Notes: generated by a model from the letters alone, not told the origin. A stretch of 64,000 nt of DNA from an uncultured Desulfosarcina sp. (GCA_963674945.2 CAXXWQ010000001.1:160001-224000); one strand, 5' to 3'. Counted from the first letter of the stretch, positions 29,992-43,476 are shown. Program-made: numbers and translations.

Positions 29992-31452
29992 TTACTTCCC
30001 AGCAGTCGGCGTGATCAAAAGATCGATCCTTCGGTTGATGGCACGGCCTTCGGCGGTCGTATTGGGGGCCAGGGGCCGTTCCGATCCATACCCCGTCGCC
30101 CGGATTCGTCCTGCCGGAAGTGTGTCGTTGGCGACCAGGTAGGTTTTCACCACATCGGCGCGCCGAAGGGAGAGTTCCTGGCTCGTCAGCGCCTGACCGG
30201 TACTTTCCGTCGTGTCGGTGTGCCCTTCGATGGTGACGAAGGGCTGGCCGAATGTTTTGATTGCCTTCTGGACCTTGCTGAGAAGGATGTAGTTGTCCGG
30301 ACGCAAGGTTGCCTCTCCTGCCGGGAACTGGATGCCCCGCAGCCGAATGACGAGTTGGTTCCCCTGCTTGTAGACCTCGGCTTCATCGCTGCGAAACACC
30401 TCTTGTACCGCATTGTATTGTTCGTCGAAGGCACGCTCTGCTGCCAGTGCTTCCTTGGCTGCTTGCTGTTCGCGCGAATACCCCTTCAGTTCGTTGATTT
30501 GGCTCTGCAGTTGGGCCGATTGCGTCGTAAGGTCTTGGTTCATTTTTGAAAGATACACCTGCCTGCTTTCCATCTCCCGGATAGAACCGGCCAAGTTTGC
30601 GATTTGGTCGTCGAATGCGATGTTTCGTAAATCACCGGCGGAAAGCTTTTCACTCAGGTTCGTCAATATTCTTTCGAAGTAAAGCGCCGTCTGTTCCGGG
30701 TCCATGCTTTTGAATTTGCCGCTGCTTTCCTGGATGGCCATCATTCGCCGTGCCATGAATTCGGCATGGTCCGCTTTTTGGGCGATGGTCGATGCCGCAT
30801 AGGGATTCTGTTCGATGTAGGCGTCCGCCGCCTCGAGGACCTTTTGGGCATCTTCGTATGCCGCTGGAACGATATCTTCGAAATCATTCTCCTTTGCATC
30901 GGCCATCATTTTGCGCGCTTCGCCAAGAGCGGCATCCTTGATGGCCATGATTTCCAATTTCCGAAAGTCGGCCGCGACACCAGGGGCATTTTTCTGGGCG
31001 TAACTCAGATTATCCTTTTCGATGGCCCGGGTGAGTCGTAAAAATTGGTTCTCCACCTCCATATACGGTTTGTCCAGTCTGTCGGCATTCACCGCAAGGG
31101 CTTTGTCCCTGGCCTTGATCGTTTCCGGGAGAATGGTCCGGGATACCTGGGCGATCTCTTCGGCTTTGTCCAAACTCGCGTTTCCATCGGATATGTTCTC
31201 CTGGATGGAGGAGAGTTTGGCTCCCTTTTCCAACCCCTGCCCGGCTTTCATGAATGCGGATTGGGCATCTTCGAAAAGACCGGGGGCCAGCACGTTCACC
31301 TGGTTGGATCGTGCCGACTGGAGACGATTCTCCAGGTTTTTGACCATCTCTCCGGGGCTTCCCTTTGCCGTCGTTTGCGCGATAACCGGAGAGTACATGA
31401 CCATTGAAGCCAGAAGAACCACCAATACGACAGACAGATCTCTTTTTTTCAT
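29992..31452 (-). CDS. OmpA-family peptidoglycan-binding protein with long helical N-terminal region
   Basis: Signal peptide; IEGHTD, LSLRRA, GYG..P, NRRID. Confidence 0.9.
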   Translation of the reverse strand: MKKRDLSVVLVVLLASMVMYSPVIAQTTAKGSPGEMVKNLENRLQSARSNQVNVLAPGLFEDAQSAFMKAGQGLEKGAKLSSIQENISDGNASLDKAEEIAQVSRTILPETIKARDKALAVNADRLDKPYMEVENQFLRLTRAIEKDNLSYAQKNAPGVAADFRKLEIMAIKDAALGEARKMMADAKENDFEDIVPAAYEDAQKVLEAADAYIEQNPYAASTIAQKADHAEFMARRMMAIQESSGKFKSMDPEQTALYFERILTNLSEKLSAGDLRNIAFDDQIANLAGSIREMESRQVYLSKMNQDLTTQSAQLQSQINELKGYSREQQAAKEALAAERAFDEQYNAVQEVFRSDEAEVYKQGNQLVIRLRGIQFPAGEATLRPDNYILLSKVQKAIKTFGQPFVTIEGHTDTTESTGQALTSQELSLRRADVVKTYLVANDTLPAGRIRATGYGSERPLAPNTTAEGRAINRRIDLLITPTAGK

Positions 31453-31499
31453 AACGTTTTTCTCCTCGCTGACACTTCCGAATGTGAATAAAGACAACA

Positions 31500-34400
31500 T
31501 CATCGATGCCTCTCCACCATGGCTTCGGCGATTTTTTCCGCCGATCGGCCGAACAATTCGTCCACGTCCACCTCGTCCAGGTAGGAATCGGACCAGGGAA
31601 TGCTGTTTTCCTGGACAATACTTTTCATGTTCTCGTACTTTCCACCGAGAGCCCTGATTTTATCATCCAGTGCAATCTCGCCCTTGAAACCGATATTGAG
31701 CAAGAGCAGGTATCGAATGCGATTGCCGTCGGTTGGATCCTCGGAGGTGGCCGGAATCACGACGATGCTTCGGCCGTCTTTCCGTCCTTTACCGATATAG
31801 ACATTGCCCTGGCGAACGATGATCCGTTTGGAACCCTTAAGCACGTTGTCCGTCTCCACCCGGGAGGTCAGGTTCGCCAGAATTCCCGTTTTCTTCAATA
31901 TGGCGATAGTGGTCTGATCCGTCGGATCGCCCAAAATTCCAAGGCCATCGATGCGATAGAGGATGCTTCCCTTGATCTTTTCGATAACGGCCTGGATGTT
32001 TTTCATGACGATGATGTTTCGGTTGGTGATCTGGGCGATATCCAGGTCATGGTCCGCAAGGGCCTCAAAGAGGACGCCTTCCAGCCGTTCGCTGATGCGA
32101 CTGGTGCCCACGGTAACGGTCTTGGCCTGATGCTTGATGGCGTCCACCGGCCGGGACATGAGATTGATGGATTCGCCCAGCACCCGGAACAAGGTATTGA
32201 GAATATTTTTCGCCGTTCCCTTGATGCCGAAATCCAATTCGAAATCGGTGAGGGGCAACCGCCCCGACAGATACTTGAAAAGCAGCGTCAGATCCGATGC
32301 ATTGGTGATTGCCGTGGGAAATTGCGCGGCACTTCGCCTGCTCCGGAAGGCCTGGTAAAAACCGGCGATCTTCTCCCGGAATCCCTTTTCCAGCACCACC
32401 TCGTAGACATCCAGTCCCTGGGCTGCAAGATCGTCGAGGGTTTTGTAGATGGATTCCCGCACCTCGTGGAGAAACCGGGATCCTTCGTGGATGGCCAGGG
32501 CCGCATGGTACCCCCAGATATGACCCACGAGGGTGTTCAGGATCGGTGCGAATTGGGGGCTCACCTGGGGAACGTGGAACACGTCCTCGGCGTAGGGCGC
32601 GAATCTCTCTTCTCCCTCGTCGGCGATGATCACCGGTGCGGCCTTGTGGGCCTTGAAGATGGCGGTATCCTTGATGATGTCCCCGATGACGGTCCCCTTG
32701 GACCCGGCGGCACATACGATGATGAGCGGTTCCGAGGAGAGATCGATGTGTTTTTTGTCTTCCACGAAATCGGACGAGATCGTTTTGTAGCATAACTCAC
32801 TGAGTTTGATACGGATTTCATCTGCAGAGGATTTGTTGGGTCCGCTGCCCACGGCGGCCCAATAGGTCTTGGTGCCCGCCAGTCGCCGGGCGGATGCCTG
32901 AATGGGTTCCTGCATTTCCAGGATGCTGCGCATGTGATCGGGAATTCTGAGCAGTTCGGCGATCTGATCCGAAAGAAATTCCGAAGAGCGCTTGCCCCGA
33001 ATGCTGGCCACCTTCAATCCCAACAGGGCGCCGGCGACGATCTGTGAGTAGAATGCCTTGGTGGAGGCCACGCTCATTTCGATGTCCCGGCCGCTGGAGG
33101 TATACAATACGCCGTCCACCTTGAAGGTGATATCCGAATCCCGCCGGTTCACAATGGCCAGGGTGTGTGCGCCACGGGCCTTCACCATGTCCACGGTGCG
33201 GTTGGTGTCCGTGGTGGTCCCCGATTGGCTGATGGCGACGACGAGCGTATCGGTCATGCTCTTTTCATCGTCCCCTTCTTTCAACTCGAATCCGGAAAGC
33301 TCCGAGGCCTTGAGGGCACGAAGCTGCATGGTGGGATCGGAAAGATACGATTTCAATATGTCCGCACATGCCTGGGCGGCGATGCCGGCGGTCCCCTGGC
33401 CCACGAAGAAGACCCGCCGAATCCGATTTTCGGAAAAAGCCTTTTCCAAAGATGGGGGGAACATCTTTTCATCCAGATGGATCACGTAACGCTGGCCCTC
33501 TCCTTTGTCGATGATTTTCCAACGATTGAGAAGGGTACGTTCCACCGACAGGGGCGCTTCGGAAATTTCTTTCAGGAAGTAGTGGGGAAATCCCTGGCGG
33601 TCGATGTCCCGGGAAGTGATCTGCGTCTGTTTGACATCATCGTCGGTGAGGGAAAGGGGCGTTCCATCGTAGTACATGGCCTGGATGCCTTTCGTGCCGC
33701 CGGTGGATCGTTGATCCAAAACGAAGATTTGCCCCTGGGTGTTACCGGATTTTCCCGCTACGATCTTTTCGCCGTCCATTTTCACGAAGGCCTGTGTCTC
33801 CTCGATGAATCCGTACACCTCGGATGTGGGCATGTAGTGGTCGCCTGCCAGTCCCACGAAGACCGCCTGACCGCTTCCCTTTTGTGCCAAAAAGAATTTT
33901 CCCGGCGCCAGATCCGTATGCATGGCGATGGCGTGGGACCCCTGGAAATCGTTTACCGCCAACCGAAAGGCCTCCGTCACCGTCACGCCCTTTTTCAGGT
34001 GATGCTCGATCTGCAAAGGGATGATTTTCGTGTCCGTGGTGATGGGGTCGGGGATCCGATTCCCGCACGATTCCATGGCCGCTTTGAGTTCCATGTAATT
34101 GTCGATGTCGCCGTTGAGGCAGGCGTGGATGATGGGTCGATCCTTCAACGTTGCCCCCGCTGTCGTGTTGTCCACCGGATGACAATTGGGTTCGGTGATG
34201 GCTCCCACGGAAGCCCAGCGGGTATGGGAGGAAACCGTGTGAAAGTCATGATCGGCGGCTGCGATGCGTTGCAGGATGTCGTCCTGCCGGATTTGTCCGC
34301 GCAAAAACCGAATGTTGTCCCCGAGGCTTCCGATTTCTGCGGCGATTTTGTAAACCAAGGTCACGGCGACCATTGACCTGCCGTCCTCGCCAATGGAACG

Positions 34401-35252
34401 GTTGCGGCTGATGCTGGTATTGCCCAGAACATCCTTGTCCATGCGACTTTCGAATTTCGCTGCCAGATTTTTTTGTTCCAGCTCTGTAAAGAAATGTTCA
34501 TAGGCGTCTTCCGAAAGGAGGAACATGATGGAGATGCCCGCGGAATCCCGCCCCCGAACTTCCAACCGATCGATGCTGTTGAGTACCGCGTTGATCTGCC
34601 GAAGGACTGTCGTGTGATTTTCAGACAGAGGCTCACCGTCATCGGGCATGAGGTCACGGATTTTTTCGATGTTGCCGGCCAGTTCCACGTTCAGGCACCA
34701 GATGATGTCTTTTAGCGTCTCGATACTTTTGGAAACGGCGTCCACCGTTTGACTTTCCAGACTGCCCGCCTGTTCGGCCAGCAGCGTCTGCTCACGATTC
34801 AATAGAGATGACAAGGTTTCGCTCAGATCAGAAAGTTGCTTTTGCGCTCCCGCATCATTGAAGAGGCGGAGAAACAGTGCCTCCTGTTTGAGAGTGCGGA
34901 TCCGATCCAAAAGGGTGGCAAGGTTCGTTTCCCCGCCGAGATAGCGATCGACGATGTCACCCGTGCCATGGGACAGGGTCTCCAGGCCCGCGCTATCGGC
35001 TGCCGAAACGAGTTTTACCATGGGCGCGAGATCCATTGCCGCCGCCGGAACCCTGCGGCCTTTCACGGCAATGATGCCGGCCAATCCACAACAGAATTGG
35101 TTGGCAAGGCATGGAAATAGGATGATCGCCGGTCCGTGAACCGTATGTGGATGACGTCCCCATCGGATTCTTGGAAACGGAAAAAGACGATCGCCAATTT
35201 TTCTGAGAAAGTGCTTCATGTGAAAAGCAGCACTCGATTCGTTTCGTGCCAT
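31500..35252 (-). CDS. Enlarged GlmS-like glutamine amidotransferase/SIS protein (1250 aa)
   Basis: CGLAG, RLEVRGRDSAG, HTRWA, SQSG, VASTKAF, KLSEL, AKTVTV. Confidence 0.88.
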   Translation of the reverse strand: MARNESSAAFHMKHFLRKIGDRLFPFPRIRWGRHPHTVHGPAIILFPCLANQFCCGLAGIIAVKGRRVPAAAMDLAPMVKLVSAADSAGLETLSHGTGDIVDRYLGGETNLATLLDRIRTLKQEALFLRLFNDAGAQKQLSDLSETLSSLLNREQTLLAEQAGSLESQTVDAVSKSIETLKDIIWCLNVELAGNIEKIRDLMPDDGEPLSENHTTVLRQINAVLNSIDRLEVRGRDSAGISIMFLLSEDAYEHFFTELEQKNLAAKFESRMDKDVLGNTSISRNRSIGEDGRSMVAVTLVYKIAAEIGSLGDNIRFLRGQIRQDDILQRIAAADHDFHTVSSHTRWASVGAITEPNCHPVDNTTAGATLKDRPIIHACLNGDIDNYMELKAAMESCGNRIPDPITTDTKIIPLQIEHHLKKGVTVTEAFRLAVNDFQGSHAIAMHTDLAPGKFFLAQKGSGQAVFVGLAGDHYMPTSEVYGFIEETQAFVKMDGEKIVAGKSGNTQGQIFVLDQRSTGGTKGIQAMYYDGTPLSLTDDDVKQTQITSRDIDRQGFPHYFLKEISEAPLSVERTLLNRWKIIDKGEGQRYVIHLDEKMFPPSLEKAFSENRIRRVFFVGQGTAGIAAQACADILKSYLSDPTMQLRALKASELSGFELKEGDDEKSMTDTLVVAISQSGTTTDTNRTVDMVKARGAHTLAIVNRRDSDITFKVDGVLYTSSGRDIEMSVASTKAFYSQIVAGALLGLKVASIRGKRSSEFLSDQIAELLRIPDHMRSILEMQEPIQASARRLAGTKTYWAAVGSGPNKSSADEIRIKLSELCYKTISSDFVEDKKHIDLSSEPLIIVCAAGSKGTVIGDIIKDTAIFKAHKAAPVIIADEGEERFAPYAEDVFHVPQVSPQFAPILNTLVGHIWGYHAALAIHEGSRFLHEVRESIYKTLDDLAAQGLDVYEVVLEKGFREKIAGFYQAFRSRRSAAQFPTAITNASDLTLLFKYLSGRLPLTDFELDFGIKGTAKNILNTLFRVLGESINLMSRPVDAIKHQAKTVTVGTSRISERLEGVLFEALADHDLDIAQITNRNIIVMKNIQAVIEKIKGSILYRIDGLGILGDPTDQTTIAILKKTGILANLTSRVETDNVLKGSKRIIVRQGNVYIGKGRKDGRSIVVIPATSEDPTDGNRIRYLLLLNIGFKGEIALDDKIRALGGKYENMKSIVQENSIPWSDSYLDEVDVDELFGRSAEKIAEAMVERHR

Positions 35253-35308
35253 GTCGTTTGCCCTCTTCTAAAACGCGTCCATCAAAATAAAGTAAAAGAG
35301 ACTTTCTG

Positions 35309-38019
<2,711 letters not shown>

Positions 38020-38123
38020 ACCCTGTGGTCGTGATATCGGGCCCAAGGAGCAGTGGGCGCGTTGGCTTTACGCTTCGGTATCGTTCGTGTTCTGCTTTTC
38101 ATATGGATTGCATCCGAGGACAT

Positions 38124-40046
38124 CTATCCAATCGGTGTGCCGGGTGCCACCGCTTTGTCCAATGTGGCCACGACGGCTCCCTTTTCGTCCGTCGCCGCGA
38201 TGAGCATGCCATGGGACGTAACTCCCATAAGTTTTGCCGGTTTCAGGTTCGCGACGATGATGACCTGTTTGCCCACCAGGTCCTCAGGCGTATAGCTGCC
38301 GGCGATGCCGGAGACGATGATCCGCCGCTGGCCCAGGTCGACTTCCAGCTCGAGAAGTTTTTTCGCCTTGGGTATGGCCTTGGCCGAAACAACGGTGGCC
38401 ACCCGAAGGTCGATCTTGGCGAAGTCTTCGATGGTGATCTCAGGCTTCATGGGCCTGACGGTTTTTTCGGGTTGGGGCGGCTTTTCCGGTTCCTGGTTGA
38501 TTTTATCCACATCGATACGGGGAAACAGGGAAACGGCGTTTCCGATCTTTTGCCCCGGATTCGTGCCTCCCCACCGGGAAAGGCGATCGATTTTGAAAAA
38601 GGCGTCCGTTGCGGAAAAACCCAGGTGCCTTTGCATGGTTATGGCGGTCTGGGGCATTACTGGATAGATGAGGCCGGAGATGATGCGAAGTCCTTCCAGA
38701 AGGTTATAGATCACCGTTTCCAGTTGCCGCCTTTTGTCCTCCTGTTTTGCCAGCACCCATGGTTCGGTTTTCACCACATACTTGTTCATGTGGTCGATAA
38801 ATTCCCAGGCGGCAGTGAGCCCTTTGTGGAAAGCGAAGTTTTCCATGGCTTCCATGTAGGCATCGATGGTGCTGTGGCTCCGGTCGGAAAGACTTTCCTT
38901 CATATCCTGGTCTGCCTTCGGATCCGGCGACGGGATGATGCCGTCGAAATACTTATGGGCCATTGCGAGGATCCGGGAGAAGAGATTGCCCAGGTCATTG
39001 GCCAGATCCGAATTGATCCGCTGGACCAGGGCCGCCTCGTTGAAGCTGGAGTCCAATCCAAAGGACATGTCCCGCATGAGGAAGAAGCGAAAGGCATCCA
39101 GGCCGTATTTGTTTCTCATGGATAGCGGCTCGACCACGTTGCCGATGCTTTTGGACATCTTGCTGTCGTCTACGTTCCAGTAGCCGTGTACATTGAGATG
39201 TTGATAGATGGGAATCCCTGCGGCCTTGAGCATGATGGGCCAGTAGATGCCGTGGGGTTTGAGGATATCCTTTGCCACGATGTGCTGGGCGACGGGCCAG
39301 TATGTCTTGTACAATTCGCCATCCGGATAACCAAGTGCCGAAATATAGTTGAGCAGCGCGTCGAACCACACGTAGGTAACGTAATCGGGGTCGAAGGGCA
39401 AAGTGATGCCCCAATTGATACGTGATTTGGGTCTGGAGATGCAAAGGTCGTCCAAGGGTTCCCGCAAGAAGGCGAGCACCTCGTTCCTGTAGCGCTCCGG
39501 CCGGATGAAATCGGGGTTGTCGTGGATGTGGTCGACAAGCCATTTCTGGTACCGGCTCATCTTGAAAAAGTAATTGGACTCCTTGATGGTTTCCGGCACG
39601 GTCTGGTGGTCCGGACAGCGCCCCTCGACGAGTTCCCGTTCGTTATAGAAACGTTCACAGCCGAAACAGTAAAGACCTTCATATTCGCTGAAATAGATGT
39701 CTCCGGCATCGTAAATGCGTTGAAGGATGGATTTCACGACGGCCTTGTGGGCCGGGTCGGTCGTCCGGATGAAATCATCGTTGGAGATGTTCAGCTCCGG
39801 CCAGAGGGCTCTGAACAGGCCGCTGACGTGATCCACATATTCGCGTGGTGTCTGATTCTCCTTTTCGGCGGCGCGGATGATCTTGTCGCCGTGTTCGTCC
39901 GTTCCGGTGAGAAAGTAGGTCTTTTCGGTGGACATCTGGTGAAACCGGCGGGAAACGTCGGCAGCGATGGTCGTATAGGCATGGCCCAGGTGGGGCCTGG
40001 CGTTCACGTAGTAAATGGGTGTTGTTATGTAAAATGGCAATGCCAT
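38124..40046 (-). CDS. metG: Methionine--tRNA ligase
   Basis: TTPIYYVN..HLGH, KMSKS, C-terminal tRNA-binding domain. Confidence 0.98.
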   Translation of the reverse strand: MALPFYITTPIYYVNARPHLGHAYTTIAADVSRRFHQMSTEKTYFLTGTDEHGDKIIRAAEKENQTPREYVDHVSGLFRALWPELNISNDDFIRTTDPAHKAVVKSILQRIYDAGDIYFSEYEGLYCFGCERFYNERELVEGRCPDHQTVPETIKESNYFFKMSRYQKWLVDHIHDNPDFIRPERYRNEVLAFLREPLDDLCISRPKSRINWGITLPFDPDYVTYVWFDALLNYISALGYPDGELYKTYWPVAQHIVAKDILKPHGIYWPIMLKAAGIPIYQHLNVHGYWNVDDSKMSKSIGNVVEPLSMRNKYGLDAFRFFLMRDMSFGLDSSFNEAALVQRINSDLANDLGNLFSRILAMAHKYFDGIIPSPDPKADQDMKESLSDRSHSTIDAYMEAMENFAFHKGLTAAWEFIDHMNKYVVKTEPWVLAKQEDKRRQLETVIYNLLEGLRIISGLIYPVMPQTAITMQRHLGFSATDAFFKIDRLSRWGGTNPGQKIGNAVSLFPRIDVDKINQEPEKPPQPEKTVRPMKPEITIEDFAKIDLRVATVVSAKAIPKAKKLLELEVDLGQRRIIVSGIAGSYTPEDLVGKQVIIVANLKPAKLMGVTSHGMLIAATDEKGAVVATLDKAVAPGTPIG

Positions 40047-40049
40047 GTT

Positions 40050-40856
40050 CTAGCTCCTGTCCGTGATGATCTCGTCTCTTTCGATCTCCACCTCCCCACC
40101 GGATTCCAAACGAACCGTAATGCGGTTTCCGATCACGTTGTGTCGGGTGACCTTTCCCTGACCCTTTTGCGTATTCACGACTTTTCCGATTTTCGGGTAT
40201 CCTTTTTTTAGGGCGCGGTAAGTTTCGTTTTCGAATGTCAGGCAGCACATGAGCCTGCCACACTGGCCGGAAATCTTCGTCGGATTCAAACTCAATCCCT
40301 GCTGTTTGGCCATGCGGATCGAAACCGGTTCGAACTTTTCCATGAAGGTGGAGCAGCAGAAAACGCGTCCACACCGGCCTATGCCGCCGCACATCTTGGC
40401 CTGGTTTCGAATGCCCACCTGGCGCATTTCGATGCGAACCCGAAACTGTTTGACCAGGATCTTCACCAATTGCCGAAAGTCCACCCTTCCGTCCGCGGTG
40501 AAAAAGAAGGTCAAACGACTGGCATCGAAGGTGCTTTCCACCGAAAAAAGGTTCATTTTCAGACCCAGTCGCTTTACGCTTTCCAGGCAGAAGGCATGGG
40601 CTTCTCTTTCCAGGGTCTCGTTCTGTTCGACCTGGCTCAGATCCTTTTCATTGGCCTTTCGAAAAACCTTTTTCAGGGGCTTTTTGGGTGTGTCGTCCGG
40701 TTCGATCAACTCCGGTGGCGTTTCCACCGTACCGAATCCCAACCCTTTTTCGGTTTCAACGATCACCTTGTCCCCCACATTGAGGACGAAGGCGCCGCAG
40801 CTGAAATCATATACCTTACCGCCGGTCTTGAACCGGATTCCTACTCGTTTTTCCAT
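40050..40856 (-). CDS. PSP1/YaaT (RicT) family protein
   Basis: GRVDFR, RIEMRQVG, CGR..CC, KISGQCGRLMCCL. Confidence 0.92.
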   Translation of the reverse strand: MEKRVGIRFKTGGKVYDFSCGAFVLNVGDKVIVETEKGLGFGTVETPPELIEPDDTPKKPLKKVFRKANEKDLSQVEQNETLEREAHAFCLESVKRLGLKMNLFSVESTFDASRLTFFFTADGRVDFRQLVKILVKQFRVRIEMRQVGIRNQAKMCGGIGRCGRVFCCSTFMEKFEPVSIRMAKQQGLSLNPTKISGQCGRLMCCLTFENETYRALKKGYPKIGKVVNTQKGQGKVTRHNVIGNRITVRLESGGEVEIERDEIITDRS

Positions 40857-41904
40857 GTCTCACATCTATATGTGCGCATGTCGCTGCCATCCGCAGGACC
40901 ATGGCATCCAGTGTCAGTCTTGTATTTGTGTTGGACCGAAGGGCGGCCAACGCATGATCCAAAGCTTCGATCATCGAAAGCAGTTGTGCCGGTTCCAAAC
41001 GATTCGCAACGGCGGCAACCATTTCCATTCGATCCCGGTTGACGACCTTTTGGGGATCAAACTTGATCACCAACGCGTCCCGTAGCCATATTGTAACGAT
41101 TTCCAGCGATTCTTCAATACGTTCCTTTCTTTTTGCCAACTTTTCGGAAAGCGCAAGCCAGTATCGAATCTGGGACGAATCGCCTTCGTTTATCCGGTCG
41201 GTGATGGCACCGATGAGCCAATCCCGGCGCTTGGGCCATGGCTCCTTTGCCCATCTCTTCGCCCGGGTGAAGCTGCCGCCGCTCAATCGGGTCCCCAATT
41301 CTACGGTTTCCGGTGTCGTTTTGTCCTCCTTTTCCAACAGATGTCGGATCGCTGCCGGATCAAGGGGAAAAAAGCGCATATGCCGGCATCGCGAGGCAAC
41401 CGTGGGCAGCAGATTGGACGGTTGGTTCGCCGTAAGCACCAGCAAGGTATGGTTCGGTGGCTCTTCCAGTATCTTCAACAGTGCGTTTGCCGCCTGCGGG
41501 TTCATGGCCTGGGCTTCGGACAGGATGACGACCCGTTGGGTCGCTTCATGGGGTTTTAAGGCCAAGGTCTCAAGCATGGTTCGAATCTGGGAGATGGCAA
41601 TGATGGATGATCGAGGCTGGATATGAATAATGTCCGGATGCTGGTTCCCCGCAATCTTTTTACACGGGGCACAGTATCCACAGGCATCGATTTCGTCGAT
41701 GGAAAGATGGTCTATACGCTGCTTTTGTAATGTGTGGCAATTTATGGCCATGGCGAATGCCAGGGCCGTCATCTTTTTCCCTATCCCATCGTCTCCCGAA
41801 AAGAGCAGTGCATGGGGCAGTCTACCATTGGCAATGAACGACTGGAGCAGTCTAATGGGTTGCCGTTGACCAATAATGGCGCGAAATCCGTTTGCCGTCG
41901 TCAT
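40816..41904 (-). CDS. holB: DNA polymerase III subunit delta'
   Basis: HALLFSG, CGYCAPC, HPD, ANALLKILEEP, SRC. Confidence 0.93.
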   Translation of the reverse strand: MTTANGFRAIIGQRQPIRLLQSFIANGRLPHALLFSGDDGIGKKMTALAFAMAINCHTLQKQRIDHLSIDEIDACGYCAPCKKIAGNQHPDIIHIQPRSSIIAISQIRTMLETLALKPHEATQRVVILSEAQAMNPQAANALLKILEEPPNHTLLVLTANQPSNLLPTVASRCRHMRFFPLDPAAIRHLLEKEDKTTPETVELGTRLSGGSFTRAKRWAKEPWPKRRDWLIGAITDRINEGDSSQIRYWLALSEKLAKRKERIEESLEIVTIWLRDALVIKFDPQKVVNRDRMEMVAAVANRLEPAQLLSMIEALDHALAALRSNTNTRLTLDAMVLRMAATCAHIDVRHGKTSRNPVQDRR

Positions 41905-42006
41905 TTTCTTCTATGGATCCCGGAATCCTGAATCGGCGTTGCCTCCTTCTTCCTTTTCGACCCATATCCAGATGGCGTCGCTACATGGCATTTGGCCCCG
42001 CTTTGG

Positions 42007-42282
42007 TTATCGATCCACCCGTTCTTTTAATTCTTTGCCGGCTTTGAAAAAAGGAAGTTTTTTGGGTTTTATGGTGACCTTTTCTCCGGTTTTGGGATTT
42101 CTGCCCGTATAGCTCTTGTACTCTTTCACGAAGAAGCTGCATAATCCCCGAATTTCAACACGCTCGCCGTCAGCCATGGCATCTGCCATGCTGTCAAAGA
42201 AAATCTGAACCACTTTGGCCGCTTCGGATTTGGAAATGTCTGCTTTGGTTTTCAAAGCGGAGATGAGCTCCAGTTTGTTCAT
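42007..42282 (-). CDS. HU/IHF-beta family DNA-binding protein
   Basis: VEIRGLCSF, GRNPKTGE, FKAGKELKERV; AAGGAGG RBS. Confidence 0.93.
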   Translation of the reverse strand: MNKLELISALKTKADISKSEAAKVVQIFFDSMADAMADGERVEIRGLCSFFVKEYKSYTGRNPKTGEKVTIKPKKLPFFKAGKELKERVDR

Positions 42283-42372
42283 GTATCCTCCTTGAACCAT
42301 CGGTATGATCTACGGGATTGAAAGGGAGTGAAAGTGGATCTATAAAATAGAACTTGATACAATGTCAAGTAG

Positions 42373-42900
42373 TTATGATAATATTTCCGGTAGTTTTTCA
42401 ACATCGTCGGCATCGACGTTGACGGCGGCGAACTGGCCCAGCGCCTCGATGTTGACGATCACCCGACCATCGCCCCGATAACTGGAAAATACGCCCGTGA
42501 CGCCGGTGAAAGGACCGTTGATCACCACCACCCGGTCCCCCTTTTTAAACCGTGTTCCGGTGATCACCTCCTGGTCCGTTGCGACCATGATCTTCAAGGA
42601 GTCGATTGTCGCATCGGGAATGGAGACCGGCCCCTGTTTGCTGCCGATGAGTTTGACCGCTCCGGTGGTTTTTAATATTTCCAGATGTTCGTTGGGGTTC
42701 AGGTCTGTTTTCACGAAAACATAGCCTGGAAAAAGGGGGACGCGAATCATCTTGTGCCGGTCCCTTCGCCGGCTCTTCACCGTGATTTTCGGCAAAAAGA
42801 CGGTGAGCGTCTTCTTGGACAAGCCTTCGCTCACGACGTTTTCGAATCGGCTTTTCGTGTGCAGGGCATACCAGGCGTTTATCAGTTTATCTCCGGGCAT
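42373..42900 (-). CDS. UpxY/RfaH-type NusG paralog (antiterminator)
   Basis: WYALHTKSRFE, PLFPGYVFV, KOW motif GDRVVVINGPFTG. Confidence 0.88.
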   Translation of the reverse strand: MPGDKLINAWYALHTKSRFENVVSEGLSKKTLTVFLPKITVKSRRRDRHKMIRVPLFPGYVFVKTDLNPNEHLEILKTTGAVKLIGSKQGPVSIPDATIDSLKIMVATDQEVITGTRFKKGDRVVVINGPFTGVTGVFSSYRGDGRVIVNIEALGQFAAVNVDADDVEKLPEILS

Positions 42901-42919
42901 AAATGGCTCGATCCTGTTA

Positions 42920-43099
42920 GTGCCTATCCAGAAATGGCCAAGCCAATTTTAACTTTGGCCGATATCGGCGTTGCACCAAAAATTTTATCCTCTGAATATC
43001 AACCATATGCACCCCAAGGGCATTTCCTTCGGGGCACCTGTGGTAAAATTTTTCGTGCGCCTTGATCTCAACCCAATTTGCCTATTTCTGGAAAGAAAC
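42920..43099 (+). repeat. Repeat family A, long variant
   Basis: GTGCCTATCCAGAAATGGCC...ATTTGCCTATTTCTGGA; homologous to 275-415 plus an internal hairpin. Confidence 0.85.
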
Positions 43100-43289
43100 T
43101 CTTTATACGTCTTGTATCTGACGATTTTTTCTGTCGTAACTGCCGAATGAAGCTCGTGCGATAAAAACGTCGTGTATCATTGCCCATGGTAAAAGGCAAA
43201 TGGCATTGTCAGTTGAATCGTATTTCACCCAGAGATTCTGCCCCTCTGGGCCAAGTTATAAGATAAATGGCGCTGCCGTAATATTGCAT

Positions 43290-43405
43290 CAAGAATCCAG
43301 GAGTCAGAATCAGGTATTCGCCTTCGGCTCAATCATAGGATCGAATCGATGGCGTGAAGCGACATCAATTTCATTCTGGCTCCTGAATTCTGGCTTCTGA
43401 CTCCT
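43290..43405 (+). repeat. Repeat family D
   Basis: CAAGAATCCAGGAGTCAGAAT...TTCGCCTTCGGCTC...TTCTGACTCCT. Confidence 0.82.
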
Positions 43406-43476
43406 ATGATTTCCCAGGATTTCAGTCTTTCCCCCTTCGCGGAGAACCCAATATCCAGCCTTCTGGCATCAAATTT

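Noticed and set aside
31506..34376. Long + strand ORFs (429 and 403 aa), and 4744-6009
   Set aside because: Antisense shadows of GC-rich coding genes with no recognisable motifs
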